64,000 bases of DNA. It comes from Lytechinus pictus (taxonomy: Eukaryota). Below, piece by piece: positions 12,326-23,429 of this stretch; position 1 is the stretch's first letter; each line of letters opens with the position of its first letter. The stretch is from positions 2,296,001-2,360,000 of the forward strand of contig NC_087245.1 of the NCBI RefSeq assembly GCF_037042905.1. The letters are read 5' to 3'. The notes beneath the pieces are model-generated. The model was given only the letters and a program-made list of their open reading frames with translations, was not told where the DNA came from and made no database searches. The translations under genes and the position numbers were made by a program.

Positions 12326-13428
12326 GGCCTGAACATTTGGTGTTCACTTATATTTGGATAAGGCAAAAATTATTCAATAAAATTAAATCTACCCAACGGA
12401 AAACCTTGATTGATATTTTCTATTATCATATTGATCACTCTCATATATGCATCCAAGAACCATTAATATTGAATCTACAAGCAATTGTGACAAGAGACAT
12501 GAACTCTTAGACCTTTGAACTTCTCAAGTCAATGTCATTTGCATTGTCCATATTTGAAATTGATCTATCGAAGTCTTTGGTTTATCACAAGAACAATTTC
12601 ATGCATACACTGACCTACAATCAAACTTGATATATGAAAATAATTTTTAGTATTCATAAAACACAAGAAAATTACTAAATGGATAAAAAAGTTGTAAGTA
12701 TATGACCTTTATGACCTTTGAACTTGGCCCTGCAACCCCCCCAAATTACCCCCCCCCCTATATCAAGCATATATGTACCAAGTTTGGAGTTACTTCCTCT
12801 AACATTTTTTTAGTTACACAAGAACAAGATATTTTAAGGCATACTGACCTCCGTGACCTTTGACCATGTGACCCCAAAATCCAATCAGATCATTCTCCCT
12901 CTATTATGTATATAAAGAATGTACCAAGTTTGAAGTTATTAGCTCCAATGGTTAAGTTATCACAAGAACAGGACATTTTAAGGTATATAACGACCTCTGT
13001 GACCTTTCACCCGTGACCATAAAATCAAAACAAAGTATTATCCCCCCAGGATATACCCTCATACCAAGTTTGATGTAAAACCACTCCACGGTTCTTGAGA
13101 TTTCGACAAAACAAAACGGGACGGACGTACGGACGACCCGAAAACGTAATGCCTCCGGCCACTTCGTTGGCGGAGGCATAAAAAATCATAAATATTCTAA
13201 ATAAATTAAGAGTTAGCACAGATATGTCAAGCTTAATTAAGTATGGAATGCAGAATGATGTCATATACTCCTGAAAACTGTTTTTTTTTTGCTGTTGATC
13301 TTATAAGATTTGGTTTGACTGAGAAGACAAGGTAGAAAGACTATATGTATATACAAAAAAAAATCCCTGAATAAACTAAATAAATTAATGTACTTTTCAC
13401 ACACAGAGGTAGCACAGATATGGCAAGA

Positions 13429-13995
13429 TTAAAGGACAAGTCCACCCCCCCAAAAAAAAACAAAAAAACAAACAAACCTTGATTTGAATAAAAAGAGAAA
13501 AATTCAACAAGCATAACACTGAAAATTTCATCAAAATCAGATGTAAAATAAGAAAGTTATGACATTTTAAAGTTTTGCTTCATTTCACAAAACGCTTATA
13601 TGCACACCTCAGTCGGTATGCAAATGAGGGAACTGATGACATCACTCACCCACTATTTCTTTTGTATTTTATTATATGAAGTATGAAATATTTTGATTTT
13701 CTCGTCATTGTCATGTGAAATGAAGTTTCATTCGTCCCTGAACACGTGGAATTCAATTATTTTAACATTTTGTGCTTCAGGCAAGGAGGTCCTAATCATC
13801 AAATTCGTAAAAATTGAAATATTGTATAATTCAAACAATAAAAAACAAAAGAAATAGTGAGTGACATCATTGGCTCACCTAGTTGTGCATATCACTGTTT
13901 TGTTGAAAATAAGCGAAACTTTAAAATTTCATGCTAGTTTGATTTTTCTCTATTTATTCAAATCAGCATTTTCCTGGGGTGGACTAGACCTTTAA
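13429..13995 (+). mobile_element. TTAA-AGG family A MITE (Kolobok-like), copy 3
   Basis: TTAA-AGGACAAGTCCACCCC ... GGGGTGGACTAGACCT-TTAA, with a TTAA TSD on both sides. Confidence 0.88.
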
Positions 13996-14049
13996 TTTGA
14001 AGATTAGAGACATTGAGTCAAATTTTCAAAAACAGTCAATGAAACATAC

Positions 14050-14440
14050 ACTACTCAATGCATCCTCTTCCCAGTGATACATGCTAGCAGGTTTTACATC
14101 CATATTTCATACTGTTAAGGTGACATTGCATTAACAAAGATATTACCTGAATTTCACAAATTTACTTTCGAGCTACATATTCCAAAATATATCCAGATCA
14201 TCTCCTATAGTGGTACATGTTAGCACCAAGTTTCACATTTATATTTCAAATTGTTAAGGTGACAATGTGTTTAAACAAATAAATTTCACAAATTGACCTT
14301 TGACCTACATATTCCAAAATCCATTCAAATCGTCTTCCTAATGATGGTACATGTTAAACACCAAGTTTTTTACATCCATACCTCAAGCTGTTTAGGTGAT
14401 ATTGCTTTGACAAGAAAATAACCTGAATTTTACATACAAG
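14050..14440. repeat. Degenerate tandem units (~145 bp), HINE-like remnant
   Basis: Repeated GGTACATGTTA..ACCAAGTTT..CAT..TGTTAAGGTGAC and ACCTACATATTCCAAAAT motifs. Confidence 0.5.
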
Positions 14441-14662
14441 GACCACATATGAAGTTCACACCTTACGCAGTCTTGAATAAATTAAGTTTATGAGCAAGTT
14501 TGGATAATCCATGTGGAGTTAGAAGTTTCCAATACATTCTGTAAATCACTGTAATAGGGAAACATTGAGTAAGCAACTCTATCAACGTCCGTCAGCATTC
14601 AATCAATCTCGGGATATTCAGTATATTTCAAAATCTGGTGAGAAAACTCTGCATAGATTACC

Positions 14663-14850
14663 TGATCCTCATCAAAGAGCCAAGGATACTTCAGTCGGTC
14701 ATCAGTGATCCTTGGCCGAGGGACAGAATTTATGATCCATGCCCTTCTGTCTGCCAGTGTCTTCTGCATGCAGAACTCAACTCTCTTGAAGTCTGGCTGC
14801 CTTTTTTTCAGTGCTCATCCACTCTATGTGCCTTGCAACAGTGTCAGATT
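14663..14850 (-). pseudogene. Exon remnant of a SAMD3-like accessory protein (second ORF of animal EnSpm/CMC elements)
   Basis: Manual translation: ...VARHIEWMSTEK(frameshift)KRQPDFKRVEFCMQKTLADRRAWIINSVPRPRITDDRLKYPWLFDEDQ, then GTAATC (possible donor). This matches the M..T...RR..I...+P.L motif as I recall it for that family. Confidence 0.65.
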
Positions 14851-15329
14851 TGGAAAGAATAAAAAATTATACTTAAAAAAAGAAAAAACAAAGAATAAAA
14901 AATTATACTTAAAAAAGAAAAAACAAATAGATTTAGAATCCTCATTCATTTAGTTTCTGTCAAATCACTTTTCATCCGAGTCCTTAATAGATCTTATTTA
15001 CAGCAAATTTTACTATAATAGCAAGTTTTATGCAACGACACGCCAGTCTTGTTGCCAAAGACAAGAACAGAAAAGCTCCACTTGGTCACACTTTGCGACT
15101 ATCTGTCACAAACACACTGTACCAGTTAACATTTGGTGAAAGACCATAGCAGAACCATATACATGCGAATTAGACTAAAATATTAACTTTAGGTAAAATC
15201 TAACAGAGAAATGCATTACAAAATGTCACAACAATGTAGCCACTGTAAGATTCCTGCATCAATAGTGATACTCAAACATTAGTAAGTTATAATGCAAGAA
15301 ATATTCTCATATTTTATGCATTTACTCAC

Positions 15330-15440
15330 ATTTACTTAATTCATCAACTCTTAAGGTGCCCCATACACGTTTAAAGCGTTTTTACTGGCCAAGTTCTAAT
15401 CCTCTTTAATAATCCTTCTGGTTGAGTCTCATATATAACT
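15330..15440 (-). pseudogene. Possible decayed SAM-domain exon of the same gene
   Basis: Reverse complement reads MRLNQKDY*RGLELGQ*KRFKRVWGTL (SAM-like L...D...GL.LG..+ pattern) and ends at a GTGAGT donor. Confidence 0.3.
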
Positions 15441-15605
15441 ATGTCATGTGAAAAAGAGAAATGCCTTTAAGTTTGGCCATTATCAAGTAATATATTTATC
15501 TAGAAGGATGAATCAATTGCCAAAGAAATTAAATGGCATGCACTTGGGCAAGACTATGGCACATTGAGAGTTAATTGGGGTTTCTGTTTGGTACCAGATA
15601 CTTAC

Positions 15606-15872
15606 TCTCCACCATTCACCAGTTGCTGTGCACCGAGGACCACAGGTAGTTTGTAATTTTTACTCTCAATGGCCCTGTCACAAGTTCGTCCTCTTCCATG
15701 TCTGCAAAATCGTAGAATTTGTCTTGCCATGTCTGCAGGAAAAATATCTTCTTCTTTCACTCCAAATGTTGTGCACACCACCCTAAGCAGCTCCTGTTTT
15801 GAGGTCTCCTCTGACGTGTTGGTTACCAACACCCTTCTTTGATTTTGGCCATATATCAATAAAAATTTGTAC
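15606..15872 (-). pseudogene. Exon encoding a PB1/ubiquitin-fold-like N-terminal domain of the same gene, 1-bp frameshift
   Basis: Acceptor TTTTCATTCCAG and donor GTAAGT. Translation: YKFLLIYGQNQRRVLV...ELLRVVCTTFGVKEEDIF(fs)LQTWQDKFYDFADMEEDELVTGPLRVKI. Confidence 0.6.
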
Positions 15873-16122
15873 CTGGAATGAAAAGTAATTGATTTTCTTA
15901 CTAAACCTGAATTTTGAATAAATAATGTATGCAAAGAGCTTTCAGGATAAATGTGTGTAATCAAAAGATATTGCATGTACATGGACACAAATATTCAGTT
16001 TTTGCCTCGATGCAAGAGGCAAACAAGACATATTCCAATGTTTGTCTGGGTTTGGTGATACATATTCCATTCATTTATCTTTTTTTCTAGTATTAGTTTC
16101 CTGTCTTCGAATATTAGTAAAC

Positions 16123-16720
16123 TTGAAGGGATGGTCCAGGCTGGAAATATTTATATCTCAATAAATAGAAGAAAATTTACAGAGCAAAATGCTAAAAATT
16201 TAATCAAAATCGGATAACAAATAAAGTTTTTGAATTTCAAATGATATTATTCCGGTGAAACAGTTCTAGGCATGTCTTTATGAATATTCATTAGGTTGGC
16301 TGGTGATGTCATATCCCCACTTGTTCTTTTGTGTTTTATTATGTGAAATTTGGTTTAATAAAAAAATTGCTACCAAGAACTAAAACAATTGGATTGACAA
16401 CTGATTAAGTGGACTAGTTATTTATTGCCTCAACTTATTTCATCATAATGGAGACACATCATTTACACATGTATGAAAAAATGAAACATTTACGATGTCA
16501 TGTAATGACATAAGAAAAAATTGAGATGTGACATCATCAGCCCACCTATTGAATATTCATGATGATGTCCATATTCCAAAAAATATTGATAAACTTTGAA
16601 AATCAATAACTTTGTTATTTGATATCCAAGTTTGATGAAATTTTCAGCATTTTACTGTGAATTTTACTCCATTTATATACTTTTAGATATAAATATTTTC
16701 AGCCTGGACCATCCCTTTAA
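16123..16720 (+). mobile_element. TTAA-AGGG family B MITE (Kolobok-like)
   Basis: TTGAAGGGATGGTCCAGGCTGGAAATATTTATATCT ... AGATATAAATATTTTCAGCCTGGACCATCCCTTTAA, long TIRs. Confidence 0.85.
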
Positions 16721-18919
16721 CTTCCCGCTACCAGGAAAGAAAATTGTATTGTAGTCTATTAAAAATTTTGATTTGAAATTAAAATACAGTACTATTACGA
16801 CACAACGGTCCAGCGATGGTATTTCCATTTTTCATCACATGAAATTTCATTCATTTCATAATAACCAACCATACTTAAAATTCATACAAATTTCAGACAA
16901 TTCCACTATTAGTGACACATATGGAACAACACTTCCTAAATTAATAACTTAACCCATTTGTGACGAAATTCCACATTACGTGGTTTGGCATCGGATTTTT
17001 CATGAATAGTTGTAGGGCCTATATATGAAAATACCAAGGAGACTCGAAAGTAAACACTAGAACTATTGGCATTACTTTTCTTTTGGTAACAATCATCGCC
17101 GCTATGGCTAGGGAAATGCGCATATCTTTCAGTTGTGTACAACTGTGTCCTAGATCTACTATCGTAATGTGCATGCATGCTGTAGAAATCGTCGAAACAA
17201 GGAGCCAGCCACGTTCCCACAACCACACTCTGAACTTACCAAAAAAAAAACAGATTTTCACATGGAAAAACATATACAGACATATGAATTGTACTCCCGC
17301 TTAAAAATAAAGGATTTATTAAAACATACTACTTTGCAGCTAGCTGATCCATTGATCAAGTATTACTAATTAAATGAGGACTAATTAACCCGCAGTAGCA
17401 GAGTCTGTAGCCTAGGCCTAGAGACTAGACCCATCAAAAAAAAAAAGAATACAGATCAGTGGACTGAATGCTGTTGCCGTTCAAAAGTATAACATTAATT
17501 AGGACCACCGACACCGTACTCTAACCGTTAACGTAAACTTTAAAAAGTTAAAGTATAGATCTAGATCTAGACTAGACCCTAGTCGATAGTCTAACGATAA
17601 TTAAGCCAGTAGGAGATCTAGTACAAAATTTTTCTTCATACTCGATGGCAGCCAACAAGTTTTTTTTCAGGTAGGCCAAGCGCTAGCCTAAGTTAGGCCT
17701 AGGCTAGGGCCGGGACTAGGCTACGAGTACGACGTGTTCCACCATATAGATCTAGTCCAAAGGCAAAGTCCAAGGCAAGCTCAAGGCAAGCCTATAATAT
17801 ATAGCCATAAATAACTTTTAGGCCCTACATGTAGCCAGCCCCAATGCCTGGCTTCAACTTCAAGTTGAAGTCAGAATACATTTCTAGACCCATGCAACAC
17901 TCCTAATCAAAATAAATGCAGCAACATTACAGACTAAGCCTAGGCAAACTCTTGAAATAATCCACTGCACTGACAGTGACACTGCCTGCTGCAGAGTGCA
18001 GTACAGTACGGGACTACTAGGGCTTGGTACGGTACGCGCACAATCCGCCGAGTGTTCAATTTCCGAGTCATGCAAGGCCAAGGAGGTGCCAGGAGTGGAC
18101 TAATTCACGAGAATGCCCAACAGATTACTGATTAGATAAGCTTACTTACCGTTAACTATCTCCTGACAGTTCCATAATTTGTCTGTTCTCCTATAGTTTC
18201 AGTTAAAAAATTAGTTGAATGCAGTTAATTGCCTGAATTTCATGAACTTGAAGCTTAGCTAGCCCTTGGCCTTCGAAGCATTAAGCTGATTGTATCTGCA
18301 CGGCGTACGTGTGTGTACGTGTGCATTTGTCTATGGTGTGTATATCATACATGTGCGGGTTGTGCGTTACACATGTGGTACTCGGTGGTACTAGTACATC
18401 GACGCGCATAAAAAAAAGGCGCGAAAATGAGCGGGAGGGGTGGGTGGGGGGGGGGGGCAGGCGGGGAATGCGCGAAATTCGTGTTGAACACAATTATAAA
18501 GTAGACAGGTTCAAAATGACAAATGATATATATGTACGTATAGACAGACAATGTTTAGTGACTGGGCAGACATATTTTGAAATTATACAAAAAGATAATA
18601 TAGTCCTATAATTAAAAAAAAAAACACCAGCGGCCACCCCCGGCCCGACTACCTTCAAGATCAACAACAACGGCCCTGCTTATATAGTTAGTAATTCAGG
18701 TCGCAGGCCTTTATAATTTTAGTCATGCCTTTGGATGGCCGAAAGTTAGTCGTACAACATTATGAGGTGTACGTATGCCTCATTTAGTCAGAAACCACAA
18801 ATGGTGTTAGTCAAGCCTGTCTTTTTACCAAATACGAGTAATGAAAAACCTTCGTTAGTCCACAGCTGAGTTAGTCGTGACAAGCTTTATAGGCCCAGAC
18901 TAACAAAGTTAGTACCTTG

Positions 18920-21900
18920 CGGTAAAACGGGAATTTAATCATGGTTTTGTAACCAATGTTTTTACACTTTCATTAAACCACGGTTAAAACCATGGTTATA
19001 TATAACAATCATTTTCAAACTATCATAAAACCATGGTTAAAATCATGGTGTATAACCGTCGTTTTCAACCTTGGTAAAACGCAAATTTAACCATGGTTTT
19101 GTAACCACTGTTTTTACACTTTCATTAAACCACGGTTAAAACCATGGTTATATAACCATCATTTTCAAACTATCTTAAAACCATGGTTAAAATCATGGTT
19201 TAAAACCGTCGTTTTCAACCTTGCTAAGACGAATGTTTAACCATGGTTTTGCGTAACCACTGTTTTGACACTTTCATTAAACCACGGTTAAAACCATGGT
19301 TATATAACCATAATTTTCAAACTATCATAAAACCATGGTTAAAATCATGGTGTATAACCGTCGTTTTCAACCATGGTAAAACGGAAATTTAACCATGGTA
19401 CCACTGTTTTTACACTTTCATAAAACCACGGTTAAAACCATGGTTATATAACCATAATTTTCAAACTATTATAAAACCATGGTTAAAATCATGGTGTATA
19501 ACCATCGTTTTCAACCATGGTAAAACGGAAATTTAACCATGGTATTAATTGTAACCACTGTTTTTACACTTTCATTGAACCACGGATAAAACCATGGTTA
19601 TATAACAATCATTTTCAAACTATCATAAAACAATGGTTAAAATCATGGTGTATAACCATCGTTTTCAACCATGGTAAAACGGAAATTTAACCATGGTATT
19701 GTAACCACTGTTTTTACACTTTCATTAAACCACGGTTAAAACCATGGCTATATAACAATCATTTTCAAACTATCATAAAACCACGGTTAAAATCATGGTG
19801 TATAACCGTCGTTTTCAACCTTGGTAAAACGGAAATTTAACCATGGTTTTGTAACCACTGTTTTTACACTTTCATTAAACCACGGTTAAAACCATGGTTA
19901 TATAACCATCGTTTTCAAACTATCTTAAAACCATGGTTAAAATCTTGGTTTATAACCGTTGTTTTCAACCTTGCTAAGACGAATGTTTAACCATGGTCTT
20001 GTAACCAATGTTTTTACACTTTCATTAAACCACGGTTAAAACCATGGCTATATAACAATCATTTTCAAACTATCATAAAACCATGGTTAAAATCATGGTG
20101 TATAACCGTCGTTTTCAACCTTGGTAAAACGGAAATTTAACCATGGTTTTGTAACCACTGTTTTTACACTTTCATTAAACCACGGTTAAAACCATGGTTA
20201 TATAACCATAATTTTCAAACTATCATAAAACCATGGTTAAAATCATGGTGTATAACCGTCGTTTTCAACCATGGTAAAACGGAAATTTAACCATGGTATT
20301 GTAACCACTGTTTTTACACTTTCATTAAACCACGGTTAAAACCATGGTTATATAACCATCATTTTCAAACTATCATAAAACCATGGTTAAAATCATGGTG
20401 TATAACCGTCGTTTTCAACCATGGTAAAACATAAATTTAACCATGGTATTGTAACCACTGTTTTTACACTTTCATTAAACCACGGTTAAAACCATGGTTA
20501 TATAACCATCATTTTCAAACTATCTTAAAACCATGGTTAAAATCATGGTGTATAACCGTCGTTTTCAACCTTGGTGAAACGGAAATTTAACCATGGTTTT
20601 GTAACCACTGTTTTTACACTCTCATTAAACCACGGTTAAAACCATGGTTATATAACCATCATTTTTAAACTATCTTAAAACCATGGTTAAAATCATGGTG
20701 TATAACCGTCGTTTTCAACCTTGCTAAGACGAATGTTTAACCATGGTTTTGCGTAACCACTGTTTTGACACTTTCATTAAACCACGGTTAAAACCATGGT
20801 TATATAACCATAATTTTCAAACTATCATAAAACCATGGTTAAAATCATGGTGTATAACCGTCGTTTTCAACCTTGCTAAGACGAATGTTTAACCATGGTT
20901 TTGCGTAACCACTGTTTTGACACTTTCATTAAACCACGGTTAAAACCATGGTTATATAACCATAATTTTCAAACTATCATAAAACCATGGTTAAAATCAT
21001 GGTGTATAACCGTCGTTTTCAACCATGGTAAAACGGAAATTTAACCATGGTACCACTGTTTTTACACTTTCATAAAACCACGGTTAAAACCATGGTTATA
21101 TAACCATAATTTTCAAACTATAATAAAACCATGGTTAAAATCATGGTGTATAACCATCGTTTTCAACCATGGTAAAACGGAAATTTAACCATGGTATTAA
21201 TTGTAACCACTGTTTTTACACTTTCATTGAACCACGGATAAAACCATGGTTATATAACAATCATTTTCAAACTATCATAAAACAATGGTTAAAATCATGG
21301 TGTATAACCATCGTTTTCAACCATGGTAAAACGGAAATTTAACCATGGTATTGTAACCACTGTTTTTACACTTTCATTAAACCACGGTTAAAACCATGGC
21401 TATATAACAATCATTTTCAAACTATCATAAAACCATGGTTAAAATCATGGTGTATAACCGTCGTTTTCAACCTTGGTAAAACGGAAATTTAACCATGGTT
21501 TTGTAACCACTGTTTTTACACTTTCATTAAACCACGGTTAAAACCATGGTTATATAACCATCGTTTTCAAACTATCTTAAAACCATGGTTAAAATCTTGG
21601 TTTATAACCGTTGTTTTCAACCTTGCTAAGATGAATGTTTAACCATGGTCTTGTAACCAATGTTTTTACACTTTCATTAAACCACGGTTAAAACCATGGC
21701 TATATAACAATCATTTTCAAACTATCATAAAACCATGGTTAAAATCATGGTGTATAACCGTCGTTTTCAACCTTGGTAAAACGGAAATTTAACCATGGTT
21801 TTGTAACCACTGTTTTTACACTTTCATTAAACCACGGTTAAAACCATGGTTATATAACCATCGTTTTCAAACTATCTTAAAACCATGGTTAAAATCTTGG

Positions 21901-23167
21901 TTTATAACCGTTGTTTTCAACCTTGCTAAGACGAATGTTTAACCATGGTCTTGTAACCAATGTTTTTACACTTTCATTAAACCACGGTTAAAACCATGGT
22001 TATATAACAATCATTTTCAAACTATCATAAAACCATGGTTAAAATCATGGTGTATAACCGTCGTTTTCAACCTTGGTAAAACGGAAATTTAACCATGGTT
22101 TTGTAACCACTGTTTTGACACTTTCATTAAACCACGGTTAAAACCATGGTTATATAACCATAATTTTCAAACTATCATAAAACCATGGTTAAAATCATGG
22201 TGTATAACCGTCGTTTTCAACCATGGTAAAACGGAAATTTAACCATGGTATTGTAACCACTGTTTTTACACTTTCATTAAACCACGGTTAAAACCATGGT
22301 TATATAACCATCATTTTCAAACTATCATAAAACCATGGTTAAAATCATGGTGTATAACCGTCGTTTTCAACCATGGTAAAACATAAATTTAACCATGGTA
22401 TTGTAACCACTGTTTTTACACTTTCATTAAACCACGGTTAAAACCATGGTTATATAACCATCATTTTCAAACTATCTTAAAACCATGGTTAAAATCATGG
22501 TGTATAACCGTCGTTTTCAACCTTGGTGAAACGGAAATTTAACCATGGTTTTGTAACCACTGTTTTTACACTCTCATTAAACCACGGTTAAAACCATGGT
22601 TATATAACCATCATTTTTAAACTATCTTAAAACCATGGTTAAAATCATGGTGTATAACCGTCGTTTTCAACCTTGGTAAAACGGAATTTTAACCATGGTA
22701 TTATAAATACTGTTTTTATGCCATCATAAAACCATGGTTTAAATCATGGTTTTATAACATTGATTTCCAACCTTAGTAGAACGGGAGTTAAACCAAGGTT
22801 TCCTAACCATTGTTTTTATACTACTGTGAAACCATGGTTACAACCATGGTTAAATTACTATGGTTTTTTCACCAAAGTAGAACGATGATTTTGTCATGGT
22901 TTTATAACTATTGTTTTTTAACTTTCTTAAAACTGTGGTATAATGATGGTTTTTATAACCATGGATTTAAAATCGTCATAAAATGACATTTTTATCATGT
23001 TATTATAACTATGGTATTTTAACAATGGTATTACCACACTTCCGCCACACATTTACCTTGGTTATGAATTTAAAACCATGGACTACCATCGATCCATTGT
23101 AAAACCGCCCCTAACCATGGTTATACCATGATTACGGTTGTAAAACCATGGTTTTTTTTTATAAGGG
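18920..23167. repeat. Right subterminal satellite: ~25 monomers of 150 bp with higher-order duplication, then a degenerate tail
   Basis: TATAACCGTCGTTTTCAACC recurs at 19801, 20101, 20401 and 20701 (2x150 bp). Diagnostic variants recur at an offset of ~1652 bp. Confidence 0.95.
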
Positions 23168-23429
23168 TATAGACCAACTGGCGATTAAACAAAGTGATTA
23201 TGGGACTAAATGGTTGTTTGACGAAATGTTAATGAACAGGATGGTATTAGACTGAATGAAGGTAGACCTTGTGATGAGTGGACGTGTTGGCAGTTGACAA
23301 ATTAGGAATTTACCCAATCATCATCTGGACTGAGATTTGAAGTTCCATTTCCTCTGTGTATGTACGCCTATTGCATATGAGTGGAACAATGACCATCATA
23401 GACAAGACCAATATGGGGAGAATTTGAGT

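Larger units (their letters stand above)
11998..12379. mobile_element. ~380-bp TIR element containing two divergent tRNA-like sequences
   Basis: ~50-bp TIRs (TATTAAATAATTTATGCCTTATCC...AATGTTCAG / CTGAACATT...GGATAAGGCAAAAATTATTCAATA) enclosing inverted tRNA-like arms. Confidence 0.75.
11877..13185. mobile_element. Helentron/HINE (DINE-1-like) non-autonomous element
   Basis: Subterminal inverted repeat TTTATGCCTCCGCCA (11912) / TGGCGGAGGCATAAA (13168). Terminal hairpins CTCGACTG-caca-CAGTCGAG and ATGCCTCCGGCCA..TGGCGGAGGCAT. Internal GACCTTTGACC tandem units, inserted in an A/T run. Confidence 0.7.
7641..23167 (-). mobile_element. Giant (15.5 kb) non-autonomous EnSpm/CACTA (CMC)-like DNA transposon
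   Basis: 25-bp TIRs with 1 mismatch: CCCTTGTAAAAAAAAACCATGGTTT / AAACCATGGTTTTTTTTTATAAGGG. Flanked by TA on both sides, with long subterminal arrays of AACCATGGTT and a SAMD3-like ORF remnant inside. No DDE transposase recognised. Confidence 0.85.

Noticed and set aside
18920..22700. CRISPR-like array of palindromic repeats
   Set aside because: There are no unique spacers (whole 150-bp monomers repeat), no cas genes, and the context is eukaryotic.
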